A model generated the notes under the pieces. The model saw only the letters and a program-made list of their open reading frames with translations, searched no databases and was not told the origin of the DNA. The translations under genes were made by a program, and so were the position numbers. From IMG/VR virus record IMGVR_UViG_2507262055_000001: 64,000 nucleotides of DNA; one strand, 5' to 3'. The stretch is from a virus (Duplodnaviria; Caudoviricetes). Positions 35,513-45,265 of the stretch are shown here, in pieces. The number at the start of each line of letters is the position of its first letter. The stretch's first letter is position 1.

Positions 35513-36055
35513 ATGATCGACCCGTCTGCGTTCATCCATGAGCGGGCGCTGGCCGATGCGAGCGTCAGCATCGGTGCGCGCAGTCGCGTCTGGCAGTTCG
35601 CGAGCGTCATTCGCGGGACCGTGCTGGGTGAGGACTGCACCGTGGCGTCCAGCGCCACGCTCGACGGGCCGGTGTTCGGGGATCGCTGCATCATCTCGCA
35701 GGGTGTGGCGATGGGGCCGGGGTTTCTGATCGGCGACGATGTCTTCATCGGCCCGAACGTCACGGTCTGCAACGACCGCTGGCCACGGACCTACAAAACG
35801 GGCTTCGACCTCAAGAAGTTTCAGTCCGGCTTCGTCACGGTGCGGATCCACAATTGGGTGAGCATCGGCGCCAATGCCGTCATCCTGCCGGGCGTCGTGC
35901 TCGGAAAGCGCGTGATGGTCGCTGCCGGCGCCGTAGTCGACCGCAATGTGCCGGCGGATTGTCTCTATACCCGCGGGGGCAAGATGCTGCCGCTGTCCGA
36001 GAAGCATGAGACCCGCTACGCGCGGGCGCGGATGCGCAAGGCACTCGAATGCTGA
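35513..36055 (+). CDS. Hexapeptide-repeat (left-handed beta-helix) sugar N/O-acyltransferase, WbpD/FdtC-like
   Basis: IHERALADASVSIGARSRVWQFA, IGDDVFIGPNVTVCND..P, SIGANAVILPGVVLGKRVMVAAGAVVDRNVP. Confidence 0.85.
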   Translation: MIDPSAFIHERALADASVSIGARSRVWQFASVIRGTVLGEDCTVASSATLDGPVFGDRCIISQGVAMGPGFLIGDDVFIGPNVTVCNDRWPRTYKTGFDLKKFQSGFVTVRIHNWVSIGANAVILPGVVLGKRVMVAAGAVVDRNVPADCLYTRGGKMLPLSEKHETRYARARMRKALEC

Positions 36056-36663
36056 CGGTCGCAACGTTGCTGTGGGATGCGAACGACGCCTCGCTGCCGT
36101 TCTCGCGATGCTACAACGAATCCTGGGTGCGCAAGCTCCACGACGGCTTCGACCGGAACCTGACGCAGCCGTTCCGCTTCGTGCTGTTTACCGATCGGGA
36201 ACGGCCGCTTCCGGCTCATATCGAGCAGGTCCGGATGAAGTCGAAGATGCCGGATTATTCGTCCTGCATCGAGCCGTATCGTTTTGGGGTGCCGATGATC
36301 CTGGTCGGGCTCGACACGATCGTCACCGGTAGCATCGACCACCTGGCGGACTATTGCCTGAACGCAGACACCATCGCGCTGCCGCGGGATCCGTTCTTTC
36401 CGGAGCATGCATGCAACGGCGTCGCACTGATCCCGGAGGGTCAACAGCACGTCTGGCGCAACCATCGCGGCGAAAACGACATGGATTGGATGCGGGCGCA
36501 GGATCACGTCTTCATCGACGACCTGTTTCCGGGGCAGGTCGTCAGCTTTAAGGGTCATGTCCGCGATCACGGACTTGGGGATGCCCGCATCGTCTATTTC
36601 CACGGCAACGACAAGCCGCACCAGCTGCCCAACGTGCCGTGGATCCAGGAGCATTGGCGATGA
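36049..36663 (+). CDS. GT-A fold glycosyltransferase-like protein (GT8-like)
   Basis: W..KL...FDRNLTQPFRFVLFTD, LDTIVTGSIDHL (DxD-region variant), C-terminal IVYFHGNDKPH. Confidence 0.75.
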   Translation: MLTVATLLWDANDASLPFSRCYNESWVRKLHDGFDRNLTQPFRFVLFTDRERPLPAHIEQVRMKSKMPDYSSCIEPYRFGVPMILVGLDTIVTGSIDHLADYCLNADTIALPRDPFFPEHACNGVALIPEGQQHVWRNHRGENDMDWMRAQDHVFIDDLFPGQVVSFKGHVRDHGLGDARIVYFHGNDKPHQLPNVPWIQEHWR

Positions 36664-36977
36664 TCACCTATATGCAGAATTCTCATCTGCGTGATCGCAG
36701 GGCGGTAGTCGAGATTAATCCGACTCTTATCGCCGAATGCGTTCCGGTCTTAGTCGATGCGGGCTTCAAGATCGTCGGCAGCGCGACGTCTCGCGGCCTG
36801 CCCATCGAAGTCGTTCGTCTCATCATTGAGGGCGACGCACTGCCGGCCGAGTGTGATGGCGCGCATGGCTTGCTACTGGTTAGCCTGACCGTGCAGCAGG
36901 AGCAGTATGGCCGCCAGCGGATCACGCGCGTAAAGGATGTCGCCCTCGTCAGGGGCGCCGAGGCCGTCACCGCATGA
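36660..36977 (+). CDS. Hypothetical protein (AT-richer insert)
   Basis: ATGA-coupled on both sides. Confidence 0.6.
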   Translation: MITYMQNSHLRDRRAVVEINPTLIAECVPVLVDAGFKIVGSATSRGLPIEVVRLIIEGDALPAECDGAHGLLLVSLTVQQEQYGRQRITRVKDVALVRGAEAVTA

Positions 36978-37630
36978 CCGTGGCTGCCTCACGCGAATTC
37001 GAATACTGGTCGCCCGAGCCCCTGTTCAAGGGCGAGACGATCTTCTGCCTGGCGTCGGGCCCGGGCCTGACCGCGGAGATATGCCAGCGGATCCGCGGGC
37101 GCCGGGCCATTGCCATCAATTCGAGCGCCGTGCTTGCGCCCTGGGCCAGCGTGCTGTTCTTCACCGATTCCGGCTGGTACGAGCCGCGGCGCGAGCTGGT
37201 GGCGAACTGGGCCGGCCTGGTGGTGTCGATGTCGCGGACTGCGAAGCGCGAGCTTCCCGACAAGGTCAAGCGGGTGCAGGGGGAGGGCGACCCCCAGGCG
37301 CTGCCGGGCTTCAGCCGCGGCCCTCACGTCATCCAGCAGGGCCGATCGAGCGGTCATACCGCGGTGAGCCTGGCGATCGCGCTGGGCGCTTCGCGAGTGG
37401 TGTTGCTCGGCTATGACATGCGCTTCGTCGGCGGCCGCGAGCACTGCCACGACGAGTACAAGGGGGCGGCTCGCGATGTCGAAATCTACAGCCGCGAGTT
37501 CGTACCGGGCTTTGCCGGCTGGGATGAGGCCGCGCGCGCAGTCGGCGTCGAGGTCGTCAACGCGACCGAGGGCAGCGCGGTGAAGGAATTTCGGTTTGCC
37601 AAGCTCGAGGAGATCTTGAATGCCCCGTAG
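36974..37630 (+). CDS. DUF115/Maf-like (sialyltransferase-type fold) glycosyltransferase-like protein
   Basis: TIFCLASGPGL, IAINSS...LFFTD, SSGHTAVSLAIALGASRVVLLGYDM, VEVVNAT. Confidence 0.7.
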   Translation: MTVAASREFEYWSPEPLFKGETIFCLASGPGLTAEICQRIRGRRAIAINSSAVLAPWASVLFFTDSGWYEPRRELVANWAGLVVSMSRTAKRELPDKVKRVQGEGDPQALPGFSRGPHVIQQGRSSGHTAVSLAIALGASRVVLLGYDMRFVGGREHCHDEYKGAARDVEIYSREFVPGFAGWDEAARAVGVEVVNATEGSAVKEFRFAKLEEILNAP

Positions 37631-37997
37631 TCTCGCTCTTCTCGCTTCCGCGGCTTGCATTGCGCTCCTGTCGACTGAAGCGTTCGCCGCCAAATGCTAT
37701 GTGAGGGAATACGCGGCCGTCGGCGCCGTGACGCGCCAGGGCGGCGTCGCCTTGCAGGCTGCGGCCGAGCCGCCGATCGTCGATCAGGCCGCCGTCGACT
37801 TCACCAGCGGCCACGCGGAGTCGGCGGCCTTCAATTCCGAAACCCGCTACATCCGCGTGTGGTGCGATGCTCAGGCTTCGTACCAGACAGGGGCAGCTCC
37901 GGTCGCGACCAACGCGATGTCGCCCCTCACGGCGGCGTTTCCGGAGTATTTCGGCGTGACGCCGGGCCACAAGATCTCCGTCGTCGCCAATCCCTGA
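37620..37997 (+). CDS. Small beta-rich virion-type protein with signal peptide
   Basis: MPRSLALLASAACIALLSTEAFA/A; SAAFNSETRYIRV...EYFGVTPGHKISV pattern. Confidence 0.7.
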   Translation: MPRSLALLASAACIALLSTEAFAAKCYVREYAAVGAVTRQGGVALQAAAEPPIVDQAAVDFTSGHAESAAFNSETRYIRVWCDAQASYQTGAAPVATNAMSPLTAAFPEYFGVTPGHKISVVANP

Positions 37998-38006
37998 CGC
38001 CATCCG

Positions 38007-38255
38007 ATGAACTTGAAGCAATTACTCGCCGCCACGATCGGCGTCGCGCTGCTCCTGGGCGCGCTCAAGGCGCCCGAGGTCTATGCGTTCGGCATGGGCC
38101 GCGAAGGCGCGAGCTTTGGCAGGATGGGTGCGATCGTGAAGAAGCAGAGCGGCGGAGCTGGCGCGAACACCGGCAGCATCCTGCTGGTCGATGGATCGTC
38201 GTTCCTGCTGCAGGTCGACGGGACGAGCCGTGTCTGCCTAGCTGGAGGCTGCTGA
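38007..38255 (+). CDS. Small signal-peptide protein
   Basis: MNLKQLLAATIGVALLLGALKAPEVYA/F; C-terminal ILLVDGSSFLLQVDG repeat and a Cys pair. Confidence 0.7.
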   Translation: MNLKQLLAATIGVALLLGALKAPEVYAFGMGREGASFGRMGAIVKKQSGGAGANTGSILLVDGSSFLLQVDGTSRVCLAGGC

Positions 38256-38258
38256 GCC

Positions 38259-40076
38259 ATGAGATTATCCTGGAAATCGCTTGCGGTCGCAACCGCGCTG
38301 ATCGGGCTGTCGCCAGCGGCTCATGCCGCGAATAGTGCCGTGCCGGCTATGACCGCCGCGACTTCCGTGGTCGGGACGGATCTGCTCTACTGCATCCAGT
38401 CGAGCGGCACCCTAGATCGAAAGTGCACGCCAGCCCAGATGGCCGCGTACATCTACGGCCTGACCAGCGGCGACGCGACGATCAACGGCACGGGCGCGGT
38501 GACGTTCGCCACGGTGAACGCCAACGTCGGTGCGTTCGGGTCTGCCACGCAATGCGTCGCTCACACGGTGAACGCCAAGGGCCTGATCACGGCCACTTCG
38601 GCGGTGACCTGCACGCCTGCAATTGGCAGCCTGACCGGCACGGGTACTGGCGTTATCACTGCCCTGGGTGTCAACGTGGGCACCGCAGGCTCTGTCGTCG
38701 TCAACGGCGGCGCGCTCGGCACGCCGTCCTCCGGCACTGCCACGAACCTGACGGGCACCGCCGCTGGCCTCACGGCCGGCAACGTCACGACCAACGCAAA
38801 CCTGACCGGCGCTGTGACATCGAGCGGCAACGCTACCTCGCTCGGATCGTTCACTAGCGCGCAACTCCTTGCCGCCCTGACGACCAAAACCGGCAGTGGT
38901 AGCGCTGTGTTCGGTACCGCGCCGACGATTGACAGCCTGAACGCCACGACCGCCATGACGCTGGCATGGATCACGGGCTCGACGCAGTGTTTGCAGGTCA
39001 ACACGTCCGGCGTTGTGAGCGGCACCGGCTCGGGTTGCGGCGGCTCCGGCTCGACCGGCGCGAACCCGACCGCTACCGCCGGCCCTACGGCCAACAACGG
39101 CGTCGCCACCACATTCATGCGGTCGGATGCTAGCCCTGCTGTGCAGCAGGGCAGCGCCTCGCAAAAGGGCATCGTTCAGGTTGACGGCACGACACTCCTG
39201 GCTTCGTCCGGCGTCATCAGCGCCGCGCCAACGACGGTCGCAACCAGCGTCCAGACTGGTGCGAATTATCCGTTCTTGACGGGCGACCAAGCGAAGCTTG
39301 TCTACCTCAACAACGCCAGCAATCAGGTGCCGACAATTCCGCAGGCCGGCACCACTGGCTTTGCTGCAAGCTGGTTTGTTCAAGTCTGCAACATCGGCGC
39401 AGGCACTCAGACAATCACACCGACCATCTCAACCATAGGGGGCGCAGCCAGCTATCTGTTGCCGGCGGCATCCGCGGCTGATCCTGCTTGCGTCGCCGTC
39501 GTGTCTGATGGCAGCAACTACGTGATAGCTCCTGACTTCACAAAGGATGCCTCCAGGTTTTCTGCGGGTGTGTTGGCCGCCGCGCGAGGCGGTGCCGGTA
39601 CTATTACTGGCGCTCTGAAGGCGAACGGTTCGGGCGTTGTCTCCCAGGCAGCCTGCGCCGATCTGTCGAATGCACAGACCGGCTGCTCCACTGCGACCGG
39701 CACGTCTGGCGGGACGCTGCCGCTGCTCAATGGCGCGAACACTTGGTCCGCTACGCAAACCTTCGGGCCGGTGGTCGGTACCGTCACTACGCAATCGGGC
39801 ACCACCTACACCTTCGCATCGAGCGATTGCGGCACAACGGTTCGCTTCTCCAATGCAGGCGCAGTGACTGCGACGATTCCTCAAGGCTTGCCTGTGGGTT
39901 GCAACATCGCCGTCATGCAGGCCGCAGCCGGTCAGGTGTCTGTCAACGGCTCTGCGGTAACCCCTGCCACGTTGCAGAGCGCGCACAGCTACACCAAGAC
40001 ATTCGGGGCAGGCGCAATCATCGGCCTCTTCAATGACGCCACCAATCATGTGGTGTTGACGGGGGATGGCGCATGA
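38259..40076 (+). CDS. Fibre-like Thr/Gly/Ser/Ala-rich protein with signal peptide (putative head fibre)
   Basis: MRLSWKSLAVATALIGLSPAAHA/A; LGTPSSGTATNLTG repeat; 12 Cys in six local pairs. Confidence 0.75.
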   Translation: MRLSWKSLAVATALIGLSPAAHAANSAVPAMTAATSVVGTDLLYCIQSSGTLDRKCTPAQMAAYIYGLTSGDATINGTGAVTFATVNANVGAFGSATQCVAHTVNAKGLITATSAVTCTPAIGSLTGTGTGVITALGVNVGTAGSVVVNGGALGTPSSGTATNLTGTAAGLTAGNVTTNANLTGAVTSSGNATSLGSFTSAQLLAALTTKTGSGSAVFGTAPTIDSLNATTAMTLAWITGSTQCLQVNTSGVVSGTGSGCGGSGSTGANPTATAGPTANNGVATTFMRSDASPAVQQGSASQKGIVQVDGTTLLASSGVISAAPTTVATSVQTGANYPFLTGDQAKLVYLNNASNQVPTIPQAGTTGFAASWFVQVCNIGAGTQTITPTISTIGGAASYLLPAASAADPACVAVVSDGSNYVIAPDFTKDASRFSAGVLAAARGGAGTITGALKANGSGVVSQAACADLSNAQTGCSTATGTSGGTLPLLNGANTWSATQTFGPVVGTVTTQSGTTYTFASSDCGTTVRFSNAGAVTATIPQGLPVGCNIAVMQAAAGQVSVNGSAVTPATLQSAHSYTKTFGAGAIIGLFNDATNHVVLTGDGA

Positions 40077-40966
40077 TCCGAGCAATTCTAGCGTGGCTCA
40101 TGCTGTGTTCGGGGGCTGCCGCGCAAGTTGGGCAGATGCCGAACATTGCTCAGTTGCAGCCTGCATCGGCCGCATATGCCGGGCCGGGCGATGTCGTCGC
40201 GAGCGCCTCCGGGTGGTGGGGCTTTCGAGCCTACAGCGCCGCCAAAAAGGGCACCAAGGCGATAAACGTCTGCAACGTGAGTGACGTTGCTTGCGCCGAC
40301 ATGAACACGGACGCCATAACTGGCGCGCTCGTCATCACCCTTGTGGGCGGGTCAGATTGCAGTTCTGTCACGTGCACGATCAAGACCGTTTATGACCAGA
40401 GCGGCGGCACGAATTGCAGCGCTGCGGCTTGCGATCTGACCAATTCGACGATCGCCAATCGGCCCACGCTGCAAACAAACTGCGCCAACGGTCAGCCTTG
40501 CGCTGTGTGCAATGGCGCGTCCTCGCAAAAGCTAGCGAACACATCGGCGCCGACGCTCGCGCAGCCTATCAGTGGTGCCTATGTTGGTGCTCGGACGGGC
40601 ACGTTTACGACGGGAGGCGGCTTGCTCTCTTCCGCCTCGACAGGTTTAATCGCTGGCTTCGCGCCAAGCACAAATACATTCCGGATCTTCAACGGAACGT
40701 CTCTACCGGCGACGGCGTCAGACTCTACTGTCCATTCGTTTCAGACGGTTTCAAATAACACGTCGAGCGTCGTAGTTGTCGATGGATCGGCAACTAGCGG
40801 TACGTCCAGCACTGGCGGCATCGCTACAAATCTGGATATCTGCAATTCAAATGGAAGTTTTCTGACCGGCCAATGGATGGAGGCCGGCTTCTGGACTGTT
40901 GCGTTCACCAGCACGCAATACGGAAACTTGCGGCTAAACCAGAAGGGATTTTGGAATACGCCATGA
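40073..40966 (+). CDS. Concanavalin/arabinofuranosidase-B-like beta-sandwich (lectin-like) protein with signal peptide
   Basis: MIRAILAWLMLCSGAAA/Q; GWWGFRAYSAA...KTVYDQSG...RPTL pattern; 10 Cys in the mature part. Confidence 0.65.
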   Translation: MIRAILAWLMLCSGAAAQVGQMPNIAQLQPASAAYAGPGDVVASASGWWGFRAYSAAKKGTKAINVCNVSDVACADMNTDAITGALVITLVGGSDCSSVTCTIKTVYDQSGGTNCSAAACDLTNSTIANRPTLQTNCANGQPCAVCNGASSQKLANTSAPTLAQPISGAYVGARTGTFTTGGGLLSSASTGLIAGFAPSTNTFRIFNGTSLPATASDSTVHSFQTVSNNTSSVVVVDGSATSGTSSTGGIATNLDICNSNGSFLTGQWMEAGFWTVAFTSTQYGNLRLNQKGFWNTP

Positions 40967-43900
40967 AGAAAGTAGTAGCTGTACTTTTTAGCGCTGTGCT
41001 TGTCGTGCTGCTGCTGTCGCCCGCGCTTGCGTTTATACGCGGCCAGCAGTCAGGGTTCAGCGGTGGCCGCACGCAGATTGGGCTCAATGGCATCGGCTTC
41101 ACCGGCGAGGGGATGTACCTGAACATCCTTAAAATATCCGGCAATTGGAACTGGGCAGACAACGCGAGCGGTGGCCCCGGCCCCGACATGCTGGACTCGA
41201 ACGGTTATCCGATTTTCAAATCGACGTACCTGGGGAATAGTTGCGGGTCTGGTGGCATCTGCCACGGCGGCATCAAGACCGTCACGGAGGTGCCCCCGTG
41301 TGCGACGCGTTCATGCTCCTATGTGCCGATCTCTACAGGGACGTGCACCTGGTCGGTCTCAGGTTCCGGCAGCATGTCGGTGAGCGGTGTTAACACGGTT
41401 GGGGCGACCTTCACTGCAACACCAACATTCCTAAGCAATCTGAACGCGTCGCAGGTTACGTTCCAGATTACGGCGACCGACGCCACCACGCCATGCACGA
41501 GCCTGGCCGTCGTCCATGTCGATGACGTGGTAGGAGCCGATTTCACCAACTATACGACCAAGGCCGGCACTGCGGTCGGCAAGTTCGGCTCGAAATTTTT
41601 GTCGCGGTTAGTCCAGGCAAAATTTGCCGTGATCCGTTTCATGAACTCGCAGAACACAAATGCGTCGAACGTGACCAGATGGGAAGATCGGACCCCGCAG
41701 AACTACGTTTTTTACAACGCCTACACGTACAATGCCGCCTATTACACAGGGGCCTCGACCAACAGCGGCACTTTGGGGAACGACTTTGCGGTCTCGCTTG
41801 GAAGCGGAGGCCCGGTCGATAAGCAGCCCTTGCACGTTCTCATAGGGCCCGATGGCAAGGCGACTTCTACGGGATCGACGATCTCCGGCAGCGTTCTGAC
41901 CGTGGCTGGCTACACTGGCGGGACGTATGCCGTAGGCCAGCGTCTATCAGGGACTGGCGTTGACGCAAATCTTTATATTGCTTCCCTCGGAACGGGCACC
42001 GGCCAAAATGGCACGTACAACCTCTCGCAATCCGCCAGCACGGTTGCCGTGGGGCAGAGCATCACAGGTTGGTACGGAACGAGAGTGGTCGGAACGACGG
42101 CTGCAAGCTGCTCTTTGTCGTGGCCTGCACATGGCGTAAGCGTAAACGACCCGATAGGGTTTTATTCCAGCGGCACCATTGCCGACAGCCTGCCCTTTTA
42201 TTCCGGTGGCAATTATTACGTCGTGAGCGTGCCTGACGCTGACCACGTTACCGTATCGAACACGGTTGGAGGTACGTGTCTCCAGGCCGCTGTAACCAGA
42301 CCTTCATCCACAATCGCGATCAGACAACCGACGCTGAGCCTCAACGGCTCGACCCCGATCACCATTAAGAATATGTACAGCAATACGCTGACAGGGCCGA
42401 ACGCAATCTCGGGCGCGAACACGGAAAATCCGGAGAGTGGTCGAATCGGAACCTTTGTCTACGATGACGATCTGAAGTCTTATTTGATGTTCGGCGGGAC
42501 ACAGGGTGACGGGCTTTTCAACCAAGGCATCATCAACGGCATTCCGATCGAAGACTGTCTGCTGCTCGCCACATACGTGGGCGCTCATCCATGGTTTGTG
42601 CAGCCGTTTTTGACGTCGAACGCATCTGCGGGGGCGGCGTATCCGAACTGGATCAATGGCCTCGCTACGTACCTGAAGGCCAATATGCCGGCTTGGATGA
42701 TTCCGCGCATCGAGCCCGTCGTTAATGAGGACTGGAACTCGCTTTTCTATGGCACCAGCTACTCCAACAACAAAGCCAGTGTCTACTGGGGAACGCCAAC
42801 GTCTCCTAACCTGAACGATTACAATAACTATTATGGATACGCCGCGTCTTTGAGTGGGCAGGCAGTCAATGCTGTTTTCGGTGGCTCAGTGCCTAGGGAC
42901 GGCAAGAGATACCAAGTCCCGATTGGCGTGCAGCAGACTAGCAGCCCGTCATCGAATGACGCGCGCCTTGCGTCTACCAAGTTTCTAAGCTCCGGCCCAA
43001 CGCCGCCAGCAGGGTTTGTTCAAGAGGCCGCCTACAAGTGGGTTACGCATGAGGCCCCCGCGAATTACTACGGTCTTAGCCTCGGTGCCGCTGCTCTTGT
43101 CCAGACGGCTTACCTATACAGCACGGGCGACGCCACCCAACTCACGTCCTATGTGGCCAGCACCGGGTTGAGCAACCCGCCTAACGGCGGATCGATCCCG
43201 GTCAAAGTTGCTTCTTTCCTTGACCATTATCAGTGGGGGCAGGGCACCGGAGCCTACACAGGCAAGCCATGGGCACTTGACGGAATCGCTATTCGACAGA
43301 CCGCTTATGAAGGCGGCTGGTCTCCCCCTTATGTGCAAAACACCGTGCCTGGCACGCTGGATTTCACAACCAGTTCGGCCAGCGTCAATTCATCCTCCCC
43401 GGTCACATCGGTCAGCAAAGCGGCAGCAGCCGTGCTCGCGATGCCGACGACAACGACTCCTTTCGGCACGGTCCCAAATACCGGCAACGGCGCCGTGGTG
43501 GGAATGCCCATCCGCATCGTCAATGCGGCCGGCGGCGACTTCACCAAGCTGAACAGTTCGCGCCAGACCGTCACATTCACAAACAGCTCGTGCGATATTT
43601 CGCTGACGGCGAACGGGTACGTTGCCAACGAGGCGGCTGTGTTCAACACCAGCGGTTCGCTGGGAGCGTCGCTGACTGCTGGAGCGGCCTATTTCATCGT
43701 TAACCCGACGACCAATGCTTTCCAAGTGTCGCTCACAAAGGGGGGCTCGTGCATCTCGATCAACACAGCGGGAATATCTGGAAGCAATCAGGTGACGCCC
43801 GGCTGGTTTGTCAATGGCGTTGGCGGCGCGCTCGGTGCGAACAATATCAGCCTTGATGTCGATACCAGCGCGTACACCGGGACTTACGCTGCCAGCAGCG

Positions 43901-44160
43901 CGTCGGCGGTCTACATCAACGATGGCAACAACAATTCGATGATAATGTTGGCGTCGCTGTCAGCCAGCAACGCCGGCTCATTCTTGGCGGGGAATGGCTC
44001 TGCATTCTACGATCAGCTTATTGCCAACGGATGCGAATTTCCGTCTCAGTTCGATATGGCGGGCAACAACGCCACGTTACCGTGGTCCCCGCTTTATCCG
44101 AACGTCTACGTGACACCCGACCCGTCCTATTGGACTGCGATCTCAGCCTACAATCACTGA
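40963..44160 (+). CDS. Large signal-peptide protein with clan GH-A-like glycoside hydrolase motifs and inserted beta-repeat domains
   Basis: MKKVVAVLFSAVLVVLLLSPALA/F; IRFMN..NTN, GIPIE, HPWF, VNEDWN (acid/base-like) and AYEGG (nucleophile-like). Confidence 0.65.
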   Translation: MKKVVAVLFSAVLVVLLLSPALAFIRGQQSGFSGGRTQIGLNGIGFTGEGMYLNILKISGNWNWADNASGGPGPDMLDSNGYPIFKSTYLGNSCGSGGICHGGIKTVTEVPPCATRSCSYVPISTGTCTWSVSGSGSMSVSGVNTVGATFTATPTFLSNLNASQVTFQITATDATTPCTSLAVVHVDDVVGADFTNYTTKAGTAVGKFGSKFLSRLVQAKFAVIRFMNSQNTNASNVTRWEDRTPQNYVFYNAYTYNAAYYTGASTNSGTLGNDFAVSLGSGGPVDKQPLHVLIGPDGKATSTGSTISGSVLTVAGYTGGTYAVGQRLSGTGVDANLYIASLGTGTGQNGTYNLSQSASTVAVGQSITGWYGTRVVGTTAASCSLSWPAHGVSVNDPIGFYSSGTIADSLPFYSGGNYYVVSVPDADHVTVSNTVGGTCLQAAVTRPSSTIAIRQPTLSLNGSTPITIKNMYSNTLTGPNAISGANTENPESGRIGTFVYDDDLKSYLMFGGTQGDGLFNQGIINGIPIEDCLLLATYVGAHPWFVQPFLTSNASAGAAYPNWINGLATYLKANMPAWMIPRIEPVVNEDWNSLFYGTSYSNNKASVYWGTPTSPNLNDYNNYYGYAASLSGQAVNAVFGGSVPRDGKRYQVPIGVQQTSSPSSNDARLASTKFLSSGPTPPAGFVQEAAYKWVTHEAPANYYGLSLGAAALVQTAYLYSTGDATQLTSYVASTGLSNPPNGGSIPVKVASFLDHYQWGQGTGAYTGKPWALDGIAIRQTAYEGGWSPPYVQNTVPGTLDFTTSSASVNSSSPVTSVSKAAAAVLAMPTTTTPFGTVPNTGNGAVVGMPIRIVNAAGGDFTKLNSSRQTVTFTNSSCDISLTANGYVANEAAVFNTSGSLGASLTAGAAYFIVNPTTNAFQVSLTKGGSCISINTAGISGSNQVTPGWFVNGVGGALGANNISLDVDTSAYTGTYAASSASAVYINDGNNNSMIMLASLSASNAGSFLAGNGSAFYDQLIANGCEFPSQFDMAGNNATLPWSPLYPNVYVTPDPSYWTAISAYNH

Positions 44161-44175
44161 GTCCGGAGATAGTTC

Positions 44176-44397
44176 TCACCCAAAGGTTCGGGCGATGAAC
44201 TTTGCGATCCTGACGGTCGGGCGGCTTTTCACGTCGATACGGTTTGCGAAGACACCAATCCCGAGCGGGATGTCGCCTTCAAGCTCAAACAAACCTTCTT
44301 TGGTAACGGAGAATTCGAGCTTCTTGCCGTCGACCTCGAAACTGTAGATCCCAGCACGTGTGAAATAGCTGTCGCGTAGTCGCCATTGTGATTTCAT
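44176..44397 (-). CDS. Hypothetical protein (possible small moron gene)
   Basis: ORF from MKSQWRL just downstream of the PEP-CTERM gene; protein-like composition. Confidence 0.35.
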   Translation of the reverse strand: MKSQWRLRDSYFTRAGIYSFEVDGKKLEFSVTKEGLFELEGDIPLGIGVFANRIDVKSRPTVRIAKFIARTFG

Positions 44398-44411
44398 GCA
44401 ACCCAATTCCC

Positions 44412-45125
44412 TTAAGAGAAGTTCTCCGCGCGCCTGTTCCTCGCGACTGAAATACCAATTGTCGAGAAGCCTAGGATCAGCATCACCCAAGTTGTCGGCT
44501 CAGGGACGCTTGTGATCGGCGCGGATAGTCCATCGACCACAATATCAACAGAGGAGATCGAAAGGGCGTAACCCACTGTCCCACCCCCTTCACCACGCGT
44601 GCCATACCAGTAGGTGAGCCCGCCTGATCCAACGAAGTCTTTGATGCTGACCGGTGTGAGGATATCGCTCGGAAGCAAAGGGTTATCACCAGTTATCCAG
44701 AGATGAACGGCTTGGCCGTAAGCCCCTTCTAGGCTGTTGATGTACCCCAGAGCTGTGAAGATATGACCATTGTTGATCGTCAAGGTGGCGTCGGACCAGA
44801 AAAATTCGTCGAACATGCCGGTGGCGAAGCCAGGTGCTCGTTCCGGCTGGGAGTTGCAGGAGCAACCTGGATCGGTAGTATAGAACGCGGTGGGACTGAC
44901 AATAGCTCTGGCATCATTGGTATCGAAGACGAAGCCAAAGACGCCCCGTCCTGAACCTAAAGCGCCTTCTCCAAATCCGCCGGGAGCCGTTTGGCCCGTC
45001 CTAGGGTCGTAGTTACCAGACCAAGAGGCAGCATAAGTGCCAGTGTAGTTCACTTGGATAATGGCCGCTTGGGCGCTGAAGTTGACGCTGACAAACGCGG
45101 CGACCAGCAATAAGAACTTGAGCAT
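44412..45125 (-). CDS. PEP-CTERM (PEPxxW-type) exosortase substrate
   Basis: Signal peptide MLKFLLLVAAFVSVNFSAQA/A; C-terminal VPEPTTWVMLILGFSTIG + basic RNRR; AGGAG SD. Confidence 0.9.
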   Translation of the reverse strand: MLKFLLLVAAFVSVNFSAQAAIIQVNYTGTYAASWSGNYDPRTGQTAPGGFGEGALGSGRGVFGFVFDTNDARAIVSPTAFYTTDPGCSCNSQPERAPGFATGMFDEFFWSDATLTINNGHIFTALGYINSLEGAYGQAVHLWITGDNPLLPSDILTPVSIKDFVGSGGLTYWYGTRGEGGGTVGYALSISSVDIVVDGLSAPITSVPEPTTWVMLILGFSTIGISVARNRRAENFS

Positions 45126-45265
45126 ACTATGACACTCCTAAAGGGCAGGCATTCCACCGTTCGCGCGGGGATTGAGTCAATCGCGGAAGCCAAAAAAACT
45201 CTGTTTGACTTCCTTATGTTCGCTAGGCGTTCTCCGGCCCGCCTAGCCCAGAAAGAAAGTTATAG

